33,977 nt of DNA from positions 1 to 33,977 of the forward strand of contig SBFV01000330.1 of NCBI GenBank assembly GCA_006227775.1, read 5' to 3'. The position numbers and the translations under genes are program-made. The notes under the pieces were generated by a model. It was not told the origin of the DNA. It made no database searches and saw only the letters and a program-made list of their open reading frames with translations. The first letter of the stretch is position 1; the number at the start of each line of letters is the position of its first letter. The stretch is from Gammaproteobacteria bacterium (GTDB lineage: Bacteria > Pseudomonadota > Gammaproteobacteria > Chromatiales > Chromatiaceae). Shown here in pieces: positions 18,470 through 26,630 of this stretch.

Positions 18470-18595
18470 CCCTTAAAGAGACCTTAGCGTGAAAGTCGCC
18501 AGCCGCAGCTTTATCTCGGGTGTGGCGGTACCACTCATGACAGTTAGCCCGGGGCATCCTCCGAGCGCGGTTCCCCTCGACAGCGGAAGATCAGA

Positions 18596-20032
18596 ATGAC
18601 CTTCGATTACGCCCAGTTAGTACCCCTCGTCCCGGAGATCGCGGTCTTGGCGCTCGCCAGCATTCTGCTGCTGGTGGATCTCTGGCTCAAGGACGATGAC
18701 AAGGGTAAAAATCACCTCATCGCGGTGTTCGGGTTGGTGGTGGTCATCGGTCTCACGGGCCTCGTCGGGAGCGAACACCGGGAGATCGTCCTTAACGGTT
18801 CCTATATCCGGGACCCCATGAGCGATGTCCTCAAGATTGCCATCCTGGTGATCAGCCTGCTCTCATTCGTCTATTCCCGTGACTATCTGCGGGATCGTGG
18901 CATGCTGGTGGGTGAATTCTATGTGCTGACCTTGTGCGCGGTGCTGGGCATGATGGTCATGGTTTCCGCCAACAGCTTCCTGACCCTGTACCTGGGGCTT
19001 GAATTGCTGGCGCTGTCCCTGTACGCCCTGGTTGCCTTCGACCGTGACAGCCCGAGTGGGGCCGAAGCCGCCATGAAGTATTTCGTGCTGGGCGCCCTGG
19101 GTTCCGGTCTGCTGCTCTATGGCATCTCCATGCTTTATGGCGCCTCGGGGTCGCTGGAACTTGGCCCCGTGGCACGGGCGGTGGCCTGGCAGGGAGCGGA
19201 CAATCAGGTCCTGGTTTTCGGTCTGGTCTTCGTCGTCATTGGTATCGGTTTCAAATTTGGCGCCGTCCCCTTCCACATGTGGGTACCTGATACCTATCAG
19301 GGGGCTCCCAACCCGGTGGTGCTCTTCCTCGGCAGTGCCCCCAAGATAGCCGCCTTCGCCCTGGCTTTCCGTCTTCTCGTCGATGGGCTGGGGCAACTGC
19401 ATGGCGACTGGCAGGGCATGCTGGTCATCCTGGCGGTCATATCCCTGGCGGTAGGTAACATCGTCGCCATCGCTCAGACCAACATCAAGCGCATGCTCGC
19501 CTATTCGACCATCTCCCATGTGGGGTTCATCTTTCTCGGTCTTCTGGCCGGTACGGTTGAAGGTTTCGCCGCGGCCATGTTCTACGCCATCGTCTATGCC
19601 CTGATGGCCGCCGGTGGTTTCGGTCTGCTGGTGATGATGAGCCGCCAGGGGCATGAAGTCGAACGACTGGACGATCTCAAGGGTCTCAACGAGCGCGATT
19701 CCTGGCAGGCGGCCATGATGGCCCTGGTCATGTTCTCCATGGCCGGGGTTCCACCTACCGTTGGTTTCATGGCCAAGTTGCTGGTGCTTGACGCCGTTAT
19801 CAGCATCGGCTTCTGGTGGCTGGCCCTGATCGCCGTTTTCTTTTCCGTCATTGGGGCCTTCTACTACCTGCGGGTGGTCAAGATCATTTACTTCGACCAG
19901 CCGGAGATCGCCGGGCCCCTCGTGGTTGGCACGGGCGCCCGCTTTGCGCTTTCCTTCAACGGCTTGGCGATCCTCTTCCTGGGCATCTTTCCGGCCAGCC
20001 TCCTGGCTTACTGTCAGGCGGCTTTCGCCTGA
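18596..20032 (+). CDS. nuoN: NADH-quinone oxidoreductase subunit N
   Basis: The 478-aa protein contains LGLELLALSLYALVAF and FKFGAVPFHMWVPDTYQGAP. It occupies the last position of the operon. Confidence 0.95.
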   Translation: MTFDYAQLVPLVPEIAVLALASILLLVDLWLKDDDKGKNHLIAVFGLVVVIGLTGLVGSEHREIVLNGSYIRDPMSDVLKIAILVISLLSFVYSRDYLRDRGMLVGEFYVLTLCAVLGMMVMVSANSFLTLYLGLELLALSLYALVAFDRDSPSGAEAAMKYFVLGALGSGLLLYGISMLYGASGSLELGPVARAVAWQGADNQVLVFGLVFVVIGIGFKFGAVPFHMWVPDTYQGAPNPVVLFLGSAPKIAAFALAFRLLVDGLGQLHGDWQGMLVILAVISLAVGNIVAIAQTNIKRMLAYSTISHVGFIFLGLLAGTVEGFAAAMFYAIVYALMAAGGFGLLVMMSRQGHEVERLDDLKGLNERDSWQAAMMALVMFSMAGVPPTVGFMAKLLVLDAVISIGFWWLALIAVFFSVIGAFYYLRVVKIIYFDQPEIAGPLVVGTGARFALSFNGLAILFLGIFPASLLAYCQAAFA

Positions 20033-20194
20033 ATCGCACTGGCCAAGGGCCGGAGCCTTCGCGAGCCAACTCAAAGACCCTTCCCGCGCGGGAAGAATCC
20101 AGCCTGCTGGTTGAGCATACGGCAGCTATTCCCCGGGCGGAACTGACAACCAGCCCCGGGGTCTTGCCCCATCCCGGCACACACTGGAGCGGCC

Positions 20195-20231
20195 ATAGGC
20201 TCGGCCTATCGATCGAATCAGCACTGCCCAT
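20195..20231 (+). promoter_or_regulatory. Possible OxyR/LysR-type operator upstream of the rubrerythrin gene
   Basis: The sequence reads ATAG-gctcggc-CTAT-cgatcga-ATCA-gcactgc-CCAT. The consensus as I recall it is ATAG-N7-CTAT-N7-ATAG-N7-CTAT. The first half-site is perfect and the second is degenerate, giving 13 of 16 core positions. The site abuts a weak -35-like TTGGTT at 20231-20236 and ends 94 nt upstream of ATG 20325. Confidence 0.25.
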
Positions 20232-20324
20232 TGGTTTTTTCGCAGTTCAGGGATTAAGCTGTGTCGTGCGCTTAGCGTGTACCTAACCAACACTGAACCT
20301 GATCATTCCGCTTGGAGGAAATCA

Positions 20325-20744
20325 ATGGAACTCAAGGGCAGCAAGACCGAACAGTGCCTCAAGGAGGCCTTCGCCGGCGAATCCCAGGCCAACCGCCGTT
20401 ACCTCTACTTCGCCGCCAAGGCGGATGTCGAGGGCTACAACGACGTCGCCGCCGTTTTCCGTTCCACCGCCGAAGGTGAGACCGGCCATGCCCATGGCCA
20501 CCTGGAGTACCTGGAGGCTTCCGGCGACCCCGCCACCGGCCTGCCGATCGGCGGCACCAGTGACAACCTCAAGGCCTCCATTGCCGGCGAGACCCACGAG
20601 TACACCGACATGTACCCGGGAATGGCCAAGACAGCCCGTGATGAAGGCTTTGACGAGATCGGCGACTGGTTCGAGACCCTGGCCAAGGCCGAGCGGTCCC
20701 ACGCCAACCGCTTCCAGAAGGCCCTGGACGCCCTCGACGCCTGA
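20325..20744 (+). CDS. Rubrerythrin-family diiron four-helix-bundle protein lacking the rubredoxin domain (erythrin-like)
   Basis: This is the track ORF trimmed to ATG 20325, which follows a GGAGGA ribosome-binding site. The 139-aa protein reads [29 protein letters not shown]... It has the diiron ligand motifs [17 protein letters not shown] and AERSHANRF. There is no C-terminal CxxC...CxxC. Confidence 0.85.
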   Translation: MELKGSKTEQCLKEAFAGESQANRRYLYFAAKADVEGYNDVAAVFRSTAEGETGHAHGHLEYLEASGDPATGLPIGGTSDNLKASIAGETHEYTDMYPGMAKTARDEGFDEIGDWFETLAKAERSHANRFQKALDALDA

Positions 20745-20914
20745 TAGACGATGCGCGGCGGCCTAGTTGGCTGCCGCCATCAAGGTCCCGGGGTGATGGG
20801 GAGCGAAAGACCCTCTCCCCGGGCACTGGCGCTCAGTCTCTCGACAAGAAGGGCTCATCTGACTGGTGCTCATTTGCGGCCCTTCGACATCCAGAATCAC
20901 TCAGGAGCAAGCCC

Positions 20915-22246
20915 ATGCCCGCTCGCGAAGGAAGCCTTGAAGCTCCCACCAGGCACAGTCTCGATTGGACCAATCCCAAGTTCTACGACGAGGAGGACCT
21001 GTTCAAGGAGTTGGAGCGGGTTTTCGATATCTGTCACGGTTGCCGGCGTTGCGTCAGCCTGTGCCAGTCCTTTCCGGAACTTTTCGACCTGGTGGACGAA
21101 TCTCCCACCATGGAATTGGACGGTGTCGCCAAGGCCGATTACTGGCGGGTCGTGGACCACTGCTACCTGTGCGACCTCTGTTTCATGACCAAGTGTCCCT
21201 ATGTGCCTCCTCACGCCTGGAATCTGGACTTTCCCCATCTCATGCTGCGCGCCAAGGCGGTCAAGTTCAAACAGGGGAAGACCAAGCCACGGGACAAGAT
21301 CCTTTCCAGCACCGATGCCGTGGGTGCCCTGGCCAGCCTGCCCGGTGTGTCAGGCATCGTCAACGCCGTCAATAAATCCGACCTTGGTCGCAAGGCCCTG
21401 GAGGTAACCCTGGGTGTTCACCCCCAGGCCCGTATTCCGGAGTACCACTCCAATACCTTGCGTAAGCAACTGGCGAACAAGGTTAGTCGCCAGGTTACGG
21501 GAGAGGCGGCGGGGAACACCACCGGTAAGGTGGCCCTCTTCACCACCTGCTACAACAACGTCAACGAGCCCGATGTGGGTATGGATCTGGTGGCGGTCTT
21601 CGAGCACAACGGCATTCCTATCACCATTCCGGTCAAGGAGAAGTGCTGCGGTATGCCCAAGCTCGAACTGGGGGATCTGGATACCGTCAAGGCCCACATG
21701 GAGGAGAACATCCCGGTCCTGCTGCAACTGGTTGACGCAGGCTGGGACATCGTCGCCCCCATCCCCTCCTGCGTCCTTATGTTCAAGCAGGAACTACCGT
21801 TGATGTTCCCTCAGGATGCCCGGGTGCGGAAGATCCGTGAGCGCATCTACGATCCCTTCGAGTACCTGATGCTGCGCCACAAGCACGGCAAACTGCGTAC
21901 TGATTTCAAGCAACCCCTGGGCACTGTCGCCTACCATGCGGCCTGCCACCAGCGGGTGCAGAACCTGGGGCAGAAGACCCGGGAGGTGCTGGCCCTGATC
22001 CCGGACACCAAGATTGAGATCATCGAGCGCTGCTCTGGCCATGACGGTACTTACGCCGTCAAAAAGGAATACCACGAGTACTCGATGAAGATCGTCACCC
22101 CGGTCGTCAACAAAGTGAAGCAGCTCAAGCCGGACTACTACGGCAGTGACTGTCCCATGGCCGGCCAGCACATCGGTCATGGCCTCAAGGACGGTACCGC
22201 GCCCAAGCACCCGCTGACCTTGCTGCGTATCGCCTACGGCCTTTGA
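20915..22246 (+). CDS. HdrD/GlpC/LutA-like Fe-S oxidoreductase (two ferredoxin-type clusters plus two CCG domains)
   Basis: The protein is 443 aa with an AGGAG ribosome-binding site upstream. The N-terminal cluster motifs are CHGCRRCVSLC and CYLCDLCFMTKCP. The first CCG domain is FTTCY...KCCGMP...PSC. The second is degenerate: AACHQ...RCSGHDG...SDCP. Confidence 0.8.
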   Translation: MPAREGSLEAPTRHSLDWTNPKFYDEEDLFKELERVFDICHGCRRCVSLCQSFPELFDLVDESPTMELDGVAKADYWRVVDHCYLCDLCFMTKCPYVPPHAWNLDFPHLMLRAKAVKFKQGKTKPRDKILSSTDAVGALASLPGVSGIVNAVNKSDLGRKALEVTLGVHPQARIPEYHSNTLRKQLANKVSRQVTGEAAGNTTGKVALFTTCYNNVNEPDVGMDLVAVFEHNGIPITIPVKEKCCGMPKLELGDLDTVKAHMEENIPVLLQLVDAGWDIVAPIPSCVLMFKQELPLMFPQDARVRKIRERIYDPFEYLMLRHKHGKLRTDFKQPLGTVAYHAACHQRVQNLGQKTREVLALIPDTKIEIIERCSGHDGTYAVKKEYHEYSMKIVTPVVNKVKQLKPDYYGSDCPMAGQHIGHGLKDGTAPKHPLTLLRIAYGL

Positions 22247-22276
22247 TGCCCTTGGATTTGAGGAGGTATCTCACCC

Positions 22277-22858
22277 ATGAGCCAACTGACCGCCGCCGAT
22301 CTCTACAGCCTCGAGCAGTATGCCAAGATTCGTAAGGAATTCCGCGCCAAGGTCATCGACCACAAGCGCAACCGCAAGGTCCACATCGGCCCCAACGCCA
22401 CCCTCTATTTCGAGGACCGGCTGACCATGCAGTACCAGATCCAGGAGATGCTGCGCATCGAGCGCATCTTCGAGGAGGAGGGCATCCAGGACGAGCTCAA
22501 TGCCTACAATCCCCTGATCCCGGATGGCCGTAACTTCAAGGCCACCTTTATGGTGGAGTTTCCCGACATTGAGGAGCGCAAGGTCGCACTGGCCCGGCTG
22601 ATCGGTATCGAGGACCGGGTATGGCTCCAGGTTAGCGGCCATGACCCGGTTTTCGCCATCGCCGACGAAGACCTGGAACGGGAAAACGACAGCAAGACTT
22701 CCTCGGTGCATTTCCTGCGCTTTGAAGTGAGCGATGCCATGGCGGCCGCCCTGAAGGCGGGAGCCGCCCTATCCCTGGGAATTACTCACCCCAATTACGA
22801 CTACCGGGTCGAGGCCGTGCCCGCCACCCGCGAATCCCTGACCGCCGATCTGGCCTGA
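22277..22858 (+). CDS. DUF3501-family protein (function unknown)
   Basis: The protein is 193 aa with a GAGGAGG ribosome-binding site upstream. It reads MSQLTAADLYSLEQYAKIRKEFRAKVIDHKRNRKVHIGPNATLYFEDRLTMQYQIQEMLRIE... I assigned the family from memory of its sequence style and its usual neighbours, rubrerythrin and a CCG Fe-S protein. No HMM was run. Confidence 0.6.
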   Translation: MSQLTAADLYSLEQYAKIRKEFRAKVIDHKRNRKVHIGPNATLYFEDRLTMQYQIQEMLRIERIFEEEGIQDELNAYNPLIPDGRNFKATFMVEFPDIEERKVALARLIGIEDRVWLQVSGHDPVFAIADEDLERENDSKTSSVHFLRFEVSDAMAAALKAGAALSLGITHPNYDYRVEAVPATRESLTADLA

Positions 22859-22873
22859 GCCTGAACACCATTT

Positions 22874-23929
22874 ATGCCCAGTCTTTTTGAGCCCATTCGC
22901 ATCGGCGCCTGGGAATTGCCCCATCGAATTCTCATGTCGCCTCTGACCCGCACCCGCGCCGGTTTCGGCCGGGTGCCTACCCCACTCATGGCCGAATACT
23001 ATGTTCAGCGCGCCAGCGCGGGCCTGATCATATCGGAGGCCACCTCCGTCGATCCCCATGGGGTGGGCTATTACGACACCCCCGGCATCTGGTCCCCGGA
23101 ACAGGTCGCCGGCTGGCGTCAGGTCACCCAGGCCGTCCACGCCGCCGGGGGTCGCATGGTGCTGCAACTCTGGCACGTGGGTCGCATCTCCGATCCCATA
23201 TTCCTCAATGGGGACTTTCCCGTCGCTCCCAGCGCCATCGCCGCCGCGGGCCACGTGAGCCAGCTCAGGCCCGAAAAGCCCTATGTCGTCCCCCGCGCCC
23301 TCGCCACCGAGGAGATTCCGGCCATCGTCGCCGCTTTCCGCCGGGGAGCCGAGAACGCCAAGGCCGCCGGCTTCGACGGGGTCGAGATCCACGGCGCCAA
23401 TGGCTATCTGCTTGACCAGTTTCTCCAGGACGGCACCAACCAACGCACCGATGCCTATGGCGGCCCCATCGAAAACCGCGCCCGACTCATGCTGGAAGTC
23501 ATCGATGCCTGCATCGCCGTCTGGGGCGCCGACCGGGTGGGGCTGCACCTGGCCCCCCGCTGCGATGTCCACGACATGGGGGATTCGGATCCTCGCGCCA
23601 CCTTCGGCTATGTGGCGGAAGCCTGCCGTCACCGGGGTCTCGCCTTCCTCTGTGCCCGGGAGTCCCAGGAGGAACCTCGCCTTGGCCCGGAGCTGAAACG
23701 GATTTTCGGTGGCCCCTACATCGCCAACGGTGGCCTGACCCCGGACCAGGCCCAGGCCCTGCTCGACCGGGGCGAGGCCGATGCGGTGGCCTGGGGCCAG
23801 CTCTTCATCGCCAACCCAGATCTGCCGGAGCGCTTCCGCCAGGGCGCGCCCCTCAATACCCCCGACCCGACCACCTTTTACGGCTCTGGTCCCGGCGGCT
23901 ACACGGATTACCCCCGCTTGGCATCCTGA
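22874..23929 (+). CDS. Old Yellow Enzyme family NAD(P)H:flavin oxidoreductase (alkene / N-ethylmaleimide reductase-like)
   Basis: The 351-aa protein contains MPSLFEPIRIGAWELPHRILMSPLTRTRA, VLQLWHVGR, GFDGVEIHGANGYLLDQFL and YGGPIENRARL. Confidence 0.9.
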   Translation: MPSLFEPIRIGAWELPHRILMSPLTRTRAGFGRVPTPLMAEYYVQRASAGLIISEATSVDPHGVGYYDTPGIWSPEQVAGWRQVTQAVHAAGGRMVLQLWHVGRISDPIFLNGDFPVAPSAIAAAGHVSQLRPEKPYVVPRALATEEIPAIVAAFRRGAENAKAAGFDGVEIHGANGYLLDQFLQDGTNQRTDAYGGPIENRARLMLEVIDACIAVWGADRVGLHLAPRCDVHDMGDSDPRATFGYVAEACRHRGLAFLCARESQEEPRLGPELKRIFGGPYIANGGLTPDQAQALLDRGEADAVAWGQLFIANPDLPERFRQGAPLNTPDPTTFYGSGPGGYTDYPRLAS

Positions 23930-24113
23930 TTCGCTAAGTCCAGCATCAGGTGCCTGTTTCGGTCAGGCGAAGGAAGGGGGGCGGTGTCTGGCGGGGGTGT
24001 CAACCGCAGGGATGCTGGCGCCAAGCCTACAGGGACCGATTCACGTCGTCCCCCGCCTGACGCACCCGGCTCGGGGCAGATGGGACACTGTCGGGAAAAA
24101 ACCAAAGGGGCAT

Positions 24114-24141
24114 AAAAAAGGCCCCGCGAGGGGGCCTTTTT
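24114..24141. terminator. Bidirectional rho-independent terminator
   Basis: The sequence is AAAAAA-GGCCCC-gcgag-GGGGCC-TTTTT. It has a perfect 6-bp GC stem flanked by an A-run and a T-run. It lies 10 nt beyond the 3' end of the minus-strand tRNA-Leu and downstream of the plus-strand OYE gene. Confidence 0.75.
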
Positions 24142-24150
24142 CAACCTATC

Positions 24151-24237
24151 TGGTGCCGAGGAGAGGACTTGAACCTCCACGGGCTTTCGCCCACAAATAC
24201 CTGAAACTTGCGCGTCTACCAATTCCGCCACCCCGGC
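24151..24237 (-). tRNA. tRNA-Leu (anticodon CAG), CCA encoded
   Basis: The minus strand reads GCCGGGG TG GCG-GAATTGGTAGA-CGC G CAAGT TTCAGGT ATTTG TGGGCGAAAGCCCGT GGAGG TTCAAGT CCTCT CCTCGGC ACCA. I folded the cloverleaf by hand. The long variable arm is typical of Leu. Confidence 0.9.
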
Positions 24238-24283
24238 AGGTGGCCGGGATGCGCCAGTTGCCTGGCAACCCGGAAGAGCCGCT

Positions 24284-24312
24284 ATCCTAGTGAGACAGCC
24301 ATGGCTTGTCAA
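24284..24312 (-). promoter_or_regulatory. Candidate sigma70 promoter for tRNA-Leu(CAG)
   Basis: On the minus strand, TTGACA (24312-24307), a 17-nt spacer and TAGGAT (24289-24284) lie about 46 nt upstream of the tRNA 5' end. Confidence 0.5.
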
Positions 24313-24357
24313 GGGTACACTAACGGCAATTCAACAAGAGACTTATAGACATCCAGA

Positions 24358-26598
24358 GTGGCCAGACGCACCAAACCCACATCACCCCGCTTCGCCGATC
24401 CCCATCGCCAGCGCGAGGCGCGCAAGTATGCCAATCCCATCCCCAGCCGCGAATTTATCCTCGACACCCTGACCCAGGCCGGCGTACCCATGGTCTTCGA
24501 GGAACTGGCGACGGCCCTCGACCTGGACGGGGGCGAGGACCGCGTCGCCCTGGAGCGGCGCCTCGCCGCCATGGTCCGCGACGGTCAGTTGGTGCGTAAC
24601 CGCAAGGATGCCTATTGCCTGGTCAACCGCCGGGATCTCATCGCCGGGCGGGTCATCGGTCATCCCGACGGCTTCGGCTTTCTCATCCCCGACGAGGGGG
24701 GCGATGATATCTATCTCTATCCCCGCCAGATGAAGGCCCTGTTCCACAACGACCGGGCGGTGGTGCGGGTCATCGGCCGGGACGCCCGCGGGCGGCTAGA
24801 GGGCTCGGTGGTGGAGATCCTGGCGCGCAACACCCGCACCGTGGTGGGGCGTTTCTATCAGGAGAGCGGCGTTGGTTTCGTGGTGCCGGACAACAAGCGC
24901 CTGGCCCACGACATCATCATCCCCAACGATCGCATCGGCACCGCCCAGCAGGGCCAGATCGTGGTGGCCGAGATCACCGACCAGCCCACCCAGCGCACCC
25001 AGCCCCTCGGTCGTATCGCCGAGGTGGTGGGCGATCACATGGCCCCCGGCATGGAGACGGACATCGCCATCCGCACCCATGACCTGCCGGTGGAATTCCC
25101 CGAGGCGGTCCTGGCGGAGATCGCCGGTCTGGGCGCCGAGGTGCCCGAGTCCGCCAAGGCCGGGCGGGTTGACCTGCGCCAGGTCCCCCTGGTGACCATC
25201 GACGGCGCCGACGCCCGCGACTTCGACGACGCCGTCTACTGCGAGCGCAAACCCAAGGGCTGGCGCCTGCTGGTGTGCATCGCCGATGTCTCCGCCTACG
25301 TGGCCCCGGGCACGGCCCTCGATCAGGAGGCTCACAGCCGCGGCAACTCGGTCTATTTCCCCGACCGGGTCATCCCCATGCTGCCGGAGGTCCTCTCCAA
25401 CGGCCTCTGCTCCCTCAACCCGGAGGTCGACCGCCTCTGCCTCAGTTGCGAGATGCTAATCAGCCTGGACGGCAAGGTGACCCGCTCCAAGTTCTTCCCG
25501 GCGGTGATGCGCTCCCAGGCGCGCCTGACCTATGACCAGGTGGCGGCGCTGGTGGTGGAGGGTGACCGGGCCCTGGCCAAGCGTTTCGGCGCAGTCGTAC
25601 CGCATCTGCGGGAATTGCATCGCCTCTTCCAGACCCTGCACCAGGCGCGGACCGAACGCGGCGCCATCGACTTCGACACCACTGAGACCCGCTTCGAGTT
25701 CAACGACCAGGGCCGGATCGCCGCCATTCATCCCCTGGTGCGCAACGATGCCCACCGTCTCATTGAGGAGTGCATGCTGGCGGCCAACGTGGCGGCGGCG
25801 CGCCTCTTCGAGCGGCACAAACTGCCGGCCCTCTATCGCATCCACGAGATGCCCAAGGAGGAAAAGCTCAACGACCTGCGCACCTTCCTCGGCGAGCTGG
25901 GCCTCAGCCTGGGGGGCGGCAAGAAGCCCACCACCCAGGACTACGCCAATCTGCTGGATGCCGCCAAGGAACGGCCGGATCGCCACCTGATTCAGACGGT
26001 GCTGTTGCGCTCCATGCCCCAGGCCATGTACAGCTCCGACAACGTCGGTCACTTTGGACTGGCCTACCCGGCTTACACCCACTTCACCTCCCCCATCCGC
26101 CGCTACCCGGACCTCATCGTCCACCGCGCCATCAAGCACCTGCTGACCGCTGGCAAGGCCGAGGACTTCGACTACACCAAGACGGTCCTCCAGGGTATTG
26201 GCGAGCACTGTTCGGGCACGGAGCGCCGTGCCGACGAGGCTACCCGCGACGCCGAGTCCTGGCTCAAGTGCGAGTACATGCAGGACAAGCTGGGCGAGGA
26301 GTTCGACGGCACCATCACCAGCGTCAACTCCTTCGGCATCTTCGTCGAGCTGGACGGTATCTATGTCGACGGCCTGGTGCACATCACGGCCCTGGACAAC
26401 GACTACTACCACTACGACCCCATCGGTCACCGCCTCACCGGCGAACGTACCGGCATCGTCCACCGCCTGGGGGATCGGGTGCGCATCCAGGTTGCCGCCG
26501 TCAACCTCGACGAGCGCAAGATCGACTTCGTCCTGGCCAAGCGCGCGGAGCAGGACAGGGGAGAGGCCCCGACCAAGCCCCGGCGGCGGCGCAAGTGA
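24358..26598 (+). CDS. rnr: Ribonuclease R
   Basis: The protein is 746 aa with a GTG start. ...DPHRQREARKYANPIPSREFILDTL matches the E. coli RNase R N-terminus as I recall it (DPFQEREAEKYANPIPSREFILEHL). It has an RNB domain, a C-terminal S1 domain (GTITSVNSFGIFVELD) and a basic tail. Confidence 0.93.
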   Translation: MARRTKPTSPRFADPHRQREARKYANPIPSREFILDTLTQAGVPMVFEELATALDLDGGEDRVALERRLAAMVRDGQLVRNRKDAYCLVNRRDLIAGRVIGHPDGFGFLIPDEGGDDIYLYPRQMKALFHNDRAVVRVIGRDARGRLEGSVVEILARNTRTVVGRFYQESGVGFVVPDNKRLAHDIIIPNDRIGTAQQGQIVVAEITDQPTQRTQPLGRIAEVVGDHMAPGMETDIAIRTHDLPVEFPEAVLAEIAGLGAEVPESAKAGRVDLRQVPLVTIDGADARDFDDAVYCERKPKGWRLLVCIADVSAYVAPGTALDQEAHSRGNSVYFPDRVIPMLPEVLSNGLCSLNPEVDRLCLSCEMLISLDGKVTRSKFFPAVMRSQARLTYDQVAALVVEGDRALAKRFGAVVPHLRELHRLFQTLHQARTERGAIDFDTTETRFEFNDQGRIAAIHPLVRNDAHRLIEECMLAANVAAARLFERHKLPALYRIHEMPKEEKLNDLRTFLGELGLSLGGGKKPTTQDYANLLDAAKERPDRHLIQTVLLRSMPQAMYSSDNVGHFGLAYPAYTHFTSPIRRYPDLIVHRAIKHLLTAGKAEDFDYTKTVLQGIGEHCSGTERRADEATRDAESWLKCEYMQDKLGEEFDGTITSVNSFGIFVELDGIYVDGLVHITALDNDYYHYDPIGHRLTGERTGIVHRLGDRVRIQVAAVNLDERKIDFVLAKRAEQDRGEAPTKPRRRRK

Positions 26599-26630
26599 GC
26601 CAGGATCCTCGCGCCAGCCAGGCCTGAGCC

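Noticed and set aside
18489-18599. 36-codon GTG ORF in the nuoM-nuoN gap
   Set aside because: Its third-position GC is well below that of neighbouring genes. It has only a weak ribosome-binding site and no recognisable sequence features. It is kept only as a low-interest note.
18863-20074. 403-aa minus-strand ORF
   Set aside because: It is antisense to nuoN.
20033-20324. Direct repeat of the tRNA-Leu(CAG) 3' end (att site) in the nuoN-rubrerythrin spacer
   Set aside because: I scanned by eye for TGGTGCCGAGGAGAGG or sub-strings of 10 nt or more and found none.
23781-24312. The + strand 169-aa ORF and the minus-strand 134-aa ORF spanning the OYE 3' end, the spacer and the tRNA
   Set aside because: Both run straight through the tRNA-Leu(CAG) gene and the bidirectional terminator. 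Neither has a ribosome-binding site, and both are Arg/Pro/Gly-rich.
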